Source: Camelus ferus (taxonomy: Eukaryota). Taken from it: a stretch of 64,000 bases of DNA. The notes below the pieces were generated by a model. It worked only from the letters and a program-made list of their open reading frames with translations. It had not been told where the DNA came from and searched no databases. This document shows, one piece after another, positions 12,282-24,470 of this stretch (positions are counted from its first letter, which is position 1; each line of letters starts with the position of its first letter). The stretch covers positions 46,936,001-47,000,000 of the forward strand of contig NC_045696.1 in the NCBI RefSeq assembly GCF_009834535.1, written 5' to 3'. A program made the position numbers and the translations under genes.

Positions 12282-15200
12282 AACTGTCCATTAAATTAAA
12301 TAACTTTTTCATGAAATTAAATTATTTTCTTAATGAAAAATATCTATCAGTTTGCAGGATAATTGCAGAATATGGCTTTCTTGAAGTTTTGAATGTGACA
12401 TTCTTCTTTAATTGTCAGCAGCTTAAAGTCTTTGTGGTGTGACAGCATGAGTTTTCTCTGCAAGTTTTCAGAGAACTAAACATATGACTTAGGGAGAGTT
12501 CAGCATGTACGTGTGGTGTATGTTGTATGTGTGTATTTGTTGCAGGGGGTGTGGGAACCATGCTGGAAATATGTGTTTCCTTAGGAAAGTTCCTGCTTTC
12601 TAGATATTCCTCTTGTAGAGAAAAATAAGACAGTGCTTAGAGGGTACAGAAAGGCTATCATAACAATCACTGGTATTCTCACACCTGCCTGTAATTGAAC
12701 TGAAACTGGAGATCCATAATCTCTCCATAAAATACCTTGTTAGTTAAATAATTACATTTCTAACATGTGCTCAGAGATGATCTTTACTGACTACCATCTG
12801 CTACTAAGCATTTTCATATGTTGACTCAGACTTATTATTCATGTGTACTCTACCCACACCCCTTTTATAAGGCCGCACAAATCTTCTGAGTGAGGGTTTC
12901 TAGACTTTACAAGCCTTGAGAAGAGGTTTGGCAAGGTAGTGAATGGGGCCCTTCTGAGAATGCAGGAACACACTTAGGGTGATTCAGAATGTAATTATTT
13001 CACAGGATGCTGAGTAACCATGGTGGGAGAGATGACCTAGCCAGTCCCTCTCAACTTCAAGAATCTACTAATCAAAGCTTTGATCTCATACTGATACTCA
13101 AAAAACAAACAACTGAAAAGATAAGTCATCTGTACATTTGAAGAACTAAGAAACATAAATCATTACCTTAGCATAAAGAAACAATCAAATGTAATGGGAT
13201 AAAGACTATAGATGTAAAAATTTGTCCAAATATTAAGAAATTTGCAATAAAACACTCTGATAGTGAGAACTACTCTAATACTGTTGACTGAAAAAAATAA
13301 ATGAAAAAGCCAATTAAAAAGTACATTTTACAGGAAGGTCCATATGATAGATGGTTTCTGCTTCAATTCATTTTTTATATTAAGTAATTAAAAGGAAACA
13401 TTAAATTATACTTTGCAATAATGAAATATTTAGGCCGTCCAGAAATTTCAATTACAATCAATGTGTATTAACTCAATGCTCTCAATCACAAATGTCTATT
13501 TGAGGTATAACTGCCTTGAGGCATTAGTAACTTCCCTCTGGAGCATTTACATGACATGCAGTCTTTACTGGTTATTTCCTAAAAAATCTGTTACCACTAT
13601 AGATGTGCTTTAGTTAGAGCAAATGGTAACTTCTAAAGCAAAAACTCTTGCTCTCCTATTTCAACCTGTGATAAATGAAACCTTTTGGATCAAGTTGAAA
13701 CATTTATCACACTCAGGGTAAATAGGAAGGACAGCATCATCAACTAACTTTAAGCACCGAATATCCTGAATGTTCAACAAGACTGTGACAAAAGCAGCTA
13801 AAAATCATTTCCAGTTGCTTAAGGATGGCTGGGTTTTTCTCCAACCCTTTGCAGTATTTTCAAATGTCTAATTTAAGCATAGTATTCACTCCAACCACTC
13901 TGATATCTGTCCATGACCCACATACTACAAAGGAAAAAAAAGTTGACCTTGAGAATACAATTTTAAATCCACCAAATAACACCATGTTTTAAAAATAATA
14001 CAAAAATCCAAAACATTGTTCTATTTTGTGTAGTCTCCCTTACAGAACACTTGCCTGTAAAAGTCCATCAGTGAATATTTCCCCTTATTTGCTGAGACGA
14101 TGTGGCAGTTGAGTAATCACGCAGGCTGCTCTAAAAATGTATGTGTGTCTAGTTAATTTAGGCAGTTTATTTTGATAGCATTCACCTCTTTTTGATTATA
14201 GCAGGTGTTTCAAGGATAAATTTGCTGAAAATTGTATTTTGTTTAAACAACAGCAGCATGTACATTTATGGCCTTACTATATTAAAAAGCATTTATTGTC
14301 TGGCAGCAATAGATACAATTGCAAACATTTGTGACAGTAATTGGAGCTATTACTCCTGCACGGAGCCTCATGGAGACCAACTTATTGCCACCTGTATTTA
14401 CATTTGTTACTGGTAATTATAAAAGCTGATTTTTAAAAATTTGCTGCCTTATTTTGCTTTAAACTTTGTGGATTTTTTTCAACAAAAAGTCTGCTTACCA
14501 GAAAATTTGTAAGAATTATAAATGTAGTTTCTTTATTATTCAAATGATAGGCAGAATCCAATTTTATTACTAATATATATGTGAAATGTATTCCTGGATC
14601 CTAGCCCACAGAATGTACTATACCTTTTTGCTCATGAATGCAAGAATCCTATCAATGTTGCCTATCCAGCAACCAGAGTACAAGTCTTAAGAAATGCTCT
14701 TTATATTCCCAAACTGTAACAATTTACAAATCCCTACAAGTCAGAAATATTTAGAAAGCTAAATTTTATTAACACTCTTCTTACACAGCATCCAAACACA
14801 GTGACACAGCATCCAAACACAGTGATGGCAGAAGGTCAAAGCAAGTTACTGTCTCCACAGCTCTGGAATGAAAAAAATACCCTCTACTGCTTCCAGATAC
14901 AGATTTGTTTACATCAGTAAAAAGGGAAAGCCGACCGTTCATGCACACTTCTGCAGGATTTGGCTTCCAGTTTGAAGAGACTTAGATCTAATACAGCAAT
15001 TCTGTGGTCCCTCCAGGTTCATTTAAATGGAATTCCACCTGCGGATGAATGAAGGTCTCAGGTCTCTGTTCCCTCTTAGGTTTTAGCTCTCACAGTGACT
15101 AGAAGCCCAAGGGCTCAAGACTACTGAATGATTCCATCCTTAGCTCAGACTCTTCCCAAAAGGTTTCCTGCTGTGAATTACACCAGGCAACACCTGTTTG

Positions 15201-15876
15201 GTTTATTTACATTAAAACAAAATCCAATAGCTTGGAGTTGAAATTTGAAGTTTAAAGTTCTTTTTTTACAACTGCAACCTGAGAAAGTGGGACACTGAAA
15301 GATGTAAAAAAGCAGTTTAGTGAATCAAAGACTTGAAATAATTAGAAACACATGCTGTGGTACTTACAAAGCCTTAAATAAAAAATAATCTCTTTATCTA
15401 AATTCCTTGTAATGAACCTGGAGATTTACATAATGACTAAAGACATTTTGGTGGAATGAAGGGGATACCTAGCCAACTATCTTTTAAAACAACAAAGCAG
15501 GAAATATTTAATTATACTTTGGAAAAAATCTATTTAAGTCATTAATCAAAATTTTAATTACAATATCCACAGGGCATTAAAGCATGATAGAACATTTGTT
15601 CATTGCATTAAATGCCTAATATTAAATCATTATAATACATAATCTTTTAGGAATAAATACTGCATAATTGAAAAAAGGGCCTAGGTAAGGTTTAGTTGAA
15701 AACTGATTTCACACTTGCTGCTCTTCCTTATTTCTGGGGAGTAGAAATAAATATTACTAATAATTACTTGGTTTCTATGTAAAAACCCTTGACTTGAAAA
15801 AAATCATTCTTCTGATGGAGATTAGTAAGATTGATCATTTTAAGAAGACAATTCCCCTAGGTTCAATGAATGAAGT

Positions 15877-16335
15877 TGAGACGTAATATACAAACAGACA
15901 ACAGATAACAGCTAGACCATTATTCAAAAAAGAATTCTGACCTACAATCTGTAGCAACTAGTCCAGGAAGCCAAACCATGACCTCTGTAGCAACTAGCCA
16001 GAATGGTCAGGACTTAATTACTGTCAGCCTCCCCAGTTTTTGCCCACTCCCCGCCCCCATTTCCAATGTAGGACCAATCAGACAAAGCCAAATATCGTCC
16101 CCTAACCAATCACATAGGAGGTCCTACTCTAGTTAGCCTGTCTCCAAATTTCCAGCCACATCTAAACGTTTCTGAAAGCCTTCCCTTTTTCCCACTATAA
16201 CTCTTTTAAATTCTCCTGCATGTCTTTGAGCCTCTGCCAAATGCAAGTGATGGTGGCTGACTCCTTTGCTATCATAAGCTCGGAATAAATAGCCTTTGCT
16301 TCTTCTCACTTAGGTGGTCTCTGTTTATTTCCACA
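15877..16335 (+). mobile_element. Complete ERV1-class solo LTR
   Basis: TG...CA termini, 4-bp TSD AAGT (15873-15876 and 16336-16339), CCAAT boxes, TATAA at about 16196 and AATAAA at about 16284. Confidence 0.85.
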
Positions 16336-17234
16336 AAGTCAAATAAAGGCTTGCTTTTTTTTTAATAGGAAAAAGAAAACTCAAAAAGATAGAATAATTT
16401 TCCTCAAGAAACAGTATTAAGTATTTAGCAATCAAAATGAATCAAAAATACAGAAGTGAACTCTATATGAATATGCATCCACATTTTCTATTCCCCCAGG
16501 AATATGGGACATGTAGAATTCTTCGGCAGCTCAGCTTCAACCATTTTATTATTCAACTCAGCAACTGTCAACTGATTCACTTAAAAGTTAAAAAAAATTA
16601 CTATTATGGAATTTAGAATATTTCTATCAAGTAGGAAATATTATCCTTCAATAATTACTATAAATACCCTGGAAAAGAGCTCCTCCCAAAGTTGAAAAAG
16701 AGTAACAGCAGCTACAGCTGGTCTGACTCTACACTCTTGGAGCAATGAGTAATTACACAAGATTTCTAAATTTCATTTTCTATTTAATCTTCATTTCTGC
16801 TTTCTGCTCTCCATGTTCTGCCTTTCAACTGGACTTCCACCTTCAACAACCACTTGTTTCTCCAAAATGACTCACTGGCAGATCCATTTCTTGCTACTGG
16901 TCTGTGTTTTTGGATCTTCTGGCCCTTATGCTCACCCATATCCTAACCACCAGCCTCTGCATGACCTTGCCTCGTCATTCCTCCACCCAGATCCTAGACC
17001 TCCTCATGTGACCCCAACCTGCTGAGATTGGCCAAGCCATCTCGCTCCCTGGCACTCAGCTGGAGATTGACGGTAACCTTACAGCACTACAGACATCCAT
17101 CTAAAGTTATGGTTTACAATTTTTAAGGATATGTGGAAATGCTCATGATGTAATGTGATGTTAAAGAAGATGTATAATCTCAACATTATACATAAAATTA
17201 CACAGAAATAGTGGTCAAAATATATTAAGTGATT

Positions 17235-17443
17235 TCTCTGGCACTACTCTGAGTGCTTTAGATAAGTGAATTCATTTAATACTTTCAATAACTTTTTGAG
17301 GGAAGTTCTATAATGAATTCCATTTTATAGATGAGAAAACTGAGGCACAGAGTGGTTGAGAAACCTACCCACAGGGTCCAACAGCTAAGTTTTAGGCTTA
17401 GGATTGGTGCTCAATCATTCTGGATTCAGATTTTGTGCTTTTA
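17235..17443 (-). mobile_element. MIR SINE interrupted by the L1 insertion
   Basis: MIR core CCATTTTATAGATGAGAAAACTGAGGCACAGAG. Other MIR cores occur near 4160, 9550, 18890, 19350, 29800, 30050, 32560, 37280 and 37730. Confidence 0.85.
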
Positions 17444-18774
17444 CAGTCTCTACAGCTGCATGCAAATCAGTGAAGTTAGAATACTGCCTCACACCACACA
17501 CAAAAATAAGCTCAAAATGGCTTACAGACTTAAACATAAGACGAGACACTATAAACCTCTTAGAAGAAAACAGGTAAAACATCTGACATAAATCTCAGCA
17601 ATGTTCTCCTAGGGCAGTCTATCCAGGCAATAGAAACAAAAGCAAAAATAAGCAAATGGGACCTAATTAAACTTATAAGCTTTTGCCCAGCAAAGGAAAC
17701 CATAAACAAAACAAAAAGACAGCTTACGGAATGGGAGAGAGTATTTGCAAAGGATGAGACTGGAAGGGCTTAATCTCCAGAATATATAAACAGCTCATAC
17801 AACTTAATAACAGAAAAGCAAGCAACCCAATCCAAAAATGGGCAGAAGACCTCAACAAGCAATTCCTCCAGTGAAGACATACAAATGGCCAACAGGCACA
17901 TGAAAAATGTTCAATATCGCTAATTATCAGAGAAATGCAAATCAAAACTATAATGAGGTATCACCTCACACTAGTCAGAATGGCCATCATTAGAAAGTCC
18001 ACAAACGGTAAATGCTGGAGAGGCTATGGAGAAAAGGGAACCCTCCTACACTGTCGATGGGAATGTAGTTTGGTACAGCCGTTACGGAAAACAGTATGTA
18101 GATTCCTCAAAAGACTAAAAACAGACTTACCATATGATCCAGCAATCCCACTCCTGAGCATATATCCAGAGGGAACCTTAATTCAAAGATACATGTACCC
18201 CAATGTTCATAGCAGCACTATATAATAGCCAAGACATGGAAACAACCTAAATGTCCATCAACAGATGACTGGATAAAGAAGCTGTGATATATTTATGCAA
18301 TGGAATACTCCTCAGCCATAAAAAAGAATAAAAGAATGCCATTTGCAGCAACATGGATGGACATGGAGATTGTCATTCTAAGTGAAGAAAGCCACAAAGA
18401 GGAATAAAAATACCACATGATATCACTTATATGTGGAATATAAAAAAAAAAAAGACAAACTAACTTATTTACAAAAGAGAAACAAACTCACAGACATAGA
18501 AAACAAACTTACGGTTATTGGGGGAAGCAGGTGGGAAAGGATAAATTGGGAGTTCAAGATTTGTAGATACTAAGTAATATATATAAAATAGATACACAAC
18601 AAGTAGATACTGCATAGCACAGGGAAATATATTCAACATCTTGTAACTTATGGTGAAAAAGAATATTAAAACGAACATACGTATGTTCATGTATGATTGA
18701 TGCATTGTGCTGTACACAAGAAGTTGACTCAAAATTGTAAACTGACTATACCTCAACAAAAAAAAATATACATA
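17444..18774 (+). mobile_element. 5'-truncated, relatively young LINE-1 (ORF2 C-terminus, 3'UTR, A tail)
   Basis: ORF fragment [43 protein letters not shown]...[15 protein letters not shown] is the L1 ORF2 cysteine-rich domain. 17-bp TSD at 17427-17443 and 18775-18791 with one mismatch. Confidence 0.95.
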
Positions 18775-21700
18775 CAGAATTTGTGCTTTTAACAAGGATG
18801 CTATATTGTCACTAATAGAATAGGTTAGAGCCTCTGTTGGAGATTCATATATCATCTATGTCACCTACTAGGCAGAGGCAAGTAACTTCTCTGTGTTTCA
18901 GTTTCCTCATCTGTAGTAAAAGATACCTGCATCTCAGAGGGCAGTGGAAAGAATTAAATTAGTTAACATATGTGAAGTGCTAAGAATAGCACTCAGCACA
19001 AAGCACACACTTAGTAAACATCACTTTTTATTATTATCATATTATATATACCTTTACTAGAGAAAAAACAAAAAAGTGATAATCATATGAATTGATTATC
19101 TCCCACGTAAAAATATAAAGCTGATGTTCATAAATATTCCCTTAAATGATGGAAACACTAAGGGAGAAATCTTGTAAATTCTTCCTGAATACTGATATAG
19201 ACACTGAAATACAAGAGGGCTATGATAGAACATAATATTATAATAACAATATTGTAACACTGCAATAATTAACATTTGTTTAGTAAAAACTATGCTGTTG
19301 GGCACTGTTTTTGGTGTTTACAACTCCACGAGGTAATTAAACTAATCAGTCCCATTTTACAAATGAGGAAAGAAGGAACAGAGAGGTATAGTAGCTTGCC
19401 CTGGACCACACAGCTAATAAGAGGTATAAATATGAATTCTGAGTGCCAAAGGATGGTGTATGAGATAGGCTCCATCTCCTCAGGGTCTTTATAGCTACCA
19501 CAGTTCTACTAAGTGTCTGAAACTTGGGCTCAATAAATCAGGAATTGATAGTGGGACTAAATATGTGATCCCTATCTTCCAATTCACAGTACACTGCCTG
19601 TCTCCTCTCCCTCTGAAATATCATTTCCTTATTATTTTTATAATTAAAAACAAAATTGTATTTTAAAAAGACTCAGAGATTAGAATAATTCTTGACCAGA
19701 TTTGAGTTTAGTCTGAATAAAATCACAGATGTTTGCTCTTAGTTTTAAATTCCACCAGAGTAGTTATATAACATCTATGGGAACCACTGTTGGGTCTAAT
19801 AAAGAGTAACAACAAAAAAAGATAAAAACACAGCAGAAAAGGAAAGACAGAAATAAAAAGAAAAAAGAGGGAAAGAACAAAGGGGACAAGATGTAGAGCT
19901 GCAGACTAATACCTATAGAGGGTTTAATTAGATGGTACCAGCATCATGTCTAATTTTGGGGTCCTCACACTGCCTTTCTAAGGAATTAATGCATTAGCCT
20001 TACTCACTTGGTCATAACTGAGGTGAATGACCTAAAATTTGGCTGAATTTATTGACTCTCTTGGCAGAACTTTCGGCTGGATCTTCAGACACATTACTCC
20101 AATCTGAGGCAGATCTGAGATGGTCTCCAGGTATAAAGCTACTCTAGAAGTTCACCAGGAGCACTCTCTACATCCAACTCTAGAAAGGGAACTGCTAGTA
20201 CAGTCCATTCCAGCCAGCATATGACAAAAACCCTCTATCTTCAGTTGTGGAACATATTATTTGTAGTTTTGGCAACACATTTATTTTCCCAATTGTAATT
20301 TGTTTAAGCTAATATTAAAATTTATTTTCATTCTTTGAGAACTGGCAACAGCAACAAGTAGTGCCAGAAACAGGGCTAAGCTAGCCTTGCAATAAAACCC
20401 TGATTATGTTACAGAAAATATACAAAACAAAATATTGGTATATGACAGGATCTCATCAAGCATACAAACTATAATATGCAAAAAGAACAGAAAAGGAGAT
20501 TTATTTATTTTTTTGTAATTCCCTGCTAGGATGCTTACAAGGAGTAAACTAAACTTGTGAGAAAAAAACAAATGAAAACAAACATTTGATCCAAATAAAT
20601 ATGGGATTTTTTTTTCACTACTAACACAAGGTCATTTAAAAGAAATTTACAATGGATTTAAATAACGGAGGCCCTAAGTACTGATCTCCCACACCCCTAT
20701 GCTATTTAAAAATTAATGTAACAGGGATCAGTAAAACACCTTGATCTGAAAATAATTCCTTTATTCCCCCTCAAACATAAAGTTGAAATCTCGAAAGATC
20801 CTAAATAGCCTGCAGTGAAGGAAAGGTCATTATTTTATCCAAAAGTAAAGGAGAGGGTTTGGTTTCAGTAGAGTCAGGAATTGAGGAAGAGTGGGATCTT
20901 CCATGACGCTGGAGTCAGTCTCTCCCACTGAAGGAGGACAATGAGTCCGTGAGAAACCGCAAATATAACCAGATTACTTTAGTTCTGAGACACGAAAAAC
21001 ATTTCTCTATTCAGGAGCCCCTTATTTTCTCAAATCAATGTATAATTTTTATTTTTCTTAAGCTGAATAAAAAATTGACCCTAAAGCTATATTTCTCATT
21101 TGCTACAGCTGAAAGTCCTAGGAGAAAGAAGAGTTTGTGAAATACTTGGACACAAAGACCAAATGATCTGGAGAAGCATTCTGAAAAAGCAATCAAATAT
21201 GACTTCAGGTCAGCATGGTTTACCACAAAAAAATCTAAACTCAAAATGATATTCACATATTCTAAAAAACATTAAAAAAAAACCCCTCCACAAAACTTTA
21301 TCTGACATTTTGGAATGTTTTCTGTAACTCAAACAATATAGTTAATTTGATACATATATCCTCATAAGATCAAGGCTGGTAAGGAATAACATGAGACTAA
21401 GAGTCCAACTTTGAACTAGCTAATTCTTCCCCAAATCAGGAGAACATTGATTCTTTAAGAACTCAGGATTTTGATTACTGCAATACTGGTTTGTAATAGA
21501 ATTTGACTTGTATTTAGTTTTATAAAACTGTACAGCTTAGCAGATACATTTACATTCTTTCCTTTTTTATTCAGTTACTTCTATTATGTGGAGATCAATG
21601 ACTGTTCTTAAAAAACACTCTCCTGTGATCCTATTAGGTTTTAAGTGAGATGTTTGACTTTCAGAGTTTACTCACCTTTGAAAGTAAGTAAATTAAACTT

Positions 21701-23138
21701 GTTTCCTTGTGAGACTAAGATGTACTTGAGAGTTCCCAACTACGCAGTTATTTTAACATGTCATTCTAACTAGAATCACAATAGTAATTTTTAATTTTCT
21801 GAAGAGAATTTGTTCTGACAAAACAAAAGAATCAGAAATTACATATTTACAAAAAAGTTTTTGTAAATTATGACTTCCAGCAGAGATCAAATCAGTAAAG
21901 AAATTCTTATCAATATGCACTTATATATAAGAGATATATAAACAAAGAGTTTATCCCCAATGTAATCAAATATCTGTTCTCCATACTGACCGGGTAAATA
22001 TATGGTAAACAGACTGCACAATGTGTCCACTTAGCTTAGATAAAATTTGTTCCACAGCTGTTCACAGTCTAGTAAGACCTTTGCTGTCCTTACCCTATTT
22101 TAGGGCTGCCCGAGGAGACTAGGCTACTTCTTACCTTCTCTAGGATACAGTTCTACGAGCTCAAATCCAGACAATCTAGTATGAATTAGCTTCCAAGGCA
22201 CTGAAAACAGCAATCTTTGTAGGGCTTCTACCTTGGGGGAAGACTCATGACCACATCTGCACAGTGACAAGCTTCCTTAGAGCCCTGTTCCATAATTCTG
22301 GGCTTGTCTCCAGCCTCCAATGATGAAAATCCTTTAATTTTTTAAAAACATTTTTATTATAGTTATGGTTCCTAAACAGTAAACTATACATATTTCAGAT
22401 GTACACTTGATGAATTCTGACAGATGTATACACCAATGAAACCTCTACCACAATCAAGACAGCTACAATTTCCATCACTCCCCAAGAACTGATATTCTAC
22501 CTAGATGTCTCTCTAACCCCTTTTGTGGGGACTATTATAGTACAAACTGAAAGTCATGTTGTCTAGTCACCTACTAGCTTATTCTGAAGTTCTTATTCAT
22601 AAATTATAGGTAAAAAGGAAGCAGAAACTTGATTAAAAGAGACTTTTTATCTGGCCTAACCCCCAAATCTTTATTGCATACGATTTTTCAATTATTTTCT
22701 TAATATTTAACTTTGAATCATGTGTACTGAATAGATTACGTATGGCAACTTCTGGGATGTCTTCTGTTTTGCCATTCAGCAGAGTTCTATACCGCTTTCT
22801 GTCTACTCAGTTAGTATACAGTCATAGAATTCCAATTTCATGCATTATTCACCTAAATAAAATATGATTGCCAAGAAAATATATCAAAATGTATTGAGAA
22901 AATATGCCTTAATCCCAGGGAAACATGACGTGTTCTAAGTAATTTTAAAGATCTATTCCTTGCTTGTGGACCATATCACATCATTTATTCATTCAATAAC
23001 AATTTAGTAAATCTTTATTAAGACAAAACACTGGAAAATGAATCCCTTCTCAAATAGTTTGTATAATTGGGAATACTCTTGACTCTGAAATTGCCTTATA
23101 AAAATCTATTTGAGCAGAATGTGCTCTCTCTGCTATAC

Positions 23139-23261
23139 CTTATTGTCAGTCCTGATCGTGACTTTCAGTTGTGGTAGTATACGTTCCACTTCTAGACTCC
23201 ATTCCGCAGCATCTGTTGTGGATTCCAAAATATCTTCTTGTTTGGCAGACTCGTTCATATC
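23139..23261 (-). CDS. IFT57: IFT57 exon 6 (123 nt)
   Basis: Acceptor TTTCTTAG, donor GTATAG. Encodes DMNESAKQEDILESTTDAAEWSLEVERILPQLKVTIRTDNK. Confidence 0.97.
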
Positions 23262-24039
23262 CTAAGAAAGGAAAGATATCACAGGATTGAGAGTTTATAA
23301 AAAGAAATGGTAAAATTTTGAGGCATTTTAGCAGCACTGCACAATTTATATCAAGCACAGTACTGTTAAAATTATAGTGGCAAAAGAAATTCTTTTCTGT
23401 CCTCCTATCCATGTTGAAAGAAAATAATGCACCAACCTGGAAGGATAGCAAAATAACTATTTTTAAAAACCATTATTACAAAAAACAATGCTTTTGAGAT
23501 ATCAGAGTGAACTCAATGGGAATAATGTCAAATGGACAAGCCACTTAGGTATGTTAATTGGTAACAGTAGAAGAAATACAAACACATGTTTGGTAAGAAA
23601 ACACTGTCTTAGTTTGAATTCATTGTATTGAAATACAAACCCAAAATCTGAAAGGCAAAAAAGGTAAGATACCAGAAGCAAAGGGCTCATTATTTATAAA
23701 TTTTTGTATTTATAAAGTGATATTTTGGTTAGGTCAAACTATAATGCAGCTTAAAAATGTAATTTAATGCAGACCTATCTGAACTCAAACAAGATAGGGG
23801 CCAACTTTCTGCATTTGGTTTCTGCTGTTGAGTAATAAGATCAATTCATGTCTGTTTTTGAATCAGAAAAAGAAAACTTCTTTTTCCTCCATTTTTCCAG
23901 ACCTCTACTTTTGGCATTAGTATGCATGGATCTGAAAACATAAAGAATGTACAAATTAATGATTTAAAGATAAAGCTCCCTGCATTCATTTTGGCAGCAA
24001 GTTTTCATTTTATGTTCCCTTGAAAAATTATAAGAAAAT

Positions 24040-24470
24040 GTAAGGATAATATAAAAATTTATTAATACAGAAAAAAAGAGACCAGAGATGTAAACAGCCA
24101 AATTTAAACAGTCTATAAAAAGATGTTTTTGAGACAATCAGGGAAATCTGTAATGTGGAAGAGTATTAAATGATAATAAGAAATTATTACTAATTTTATA
24201 GGTATGATAATAGCATGTGGTTATGTTAAAAAAAAAGCCTTATAAATTAGAGATAAATGCTGAACTATTCATAGGTAAATTGACATATTATCTGAAATTT
24301 AATTTAAAATAGTATGAGGCAAAGAAAAAAGGAGGGAGGGGCTTTAGAGGAAACACAACTGACAAAATGTTAATTGTTAAACTGGGTACTACTGCATCAG
24401 GGTTCATTATCTTATTCTCTCTAATTCTGTATTTGTTTGATATTTCTCATAATCCAACATTTAAAAATAA
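24040..24470 (+). mobile_element. Old L1 3'UTR fragment (L1MC/ME-type)
   Basis: TTTTTGAGACAATCAGGGAAATCTG..AGTATTAAATGATAATAAGAAATTA..TTATAGGTATGATAATAG..GGGTTCATTATCTTATTCTCTCTA. Confidence 0.7.

Noticed and set aside
23775..23931. Possible cryptic exon in intron 5 with a strong acceptor (TCTTTATGTTTTCAG)
   Set aside because: Only a weak donor (GTCTGC) was found and there is no coding similarity; it cannot be supported without RNA data.
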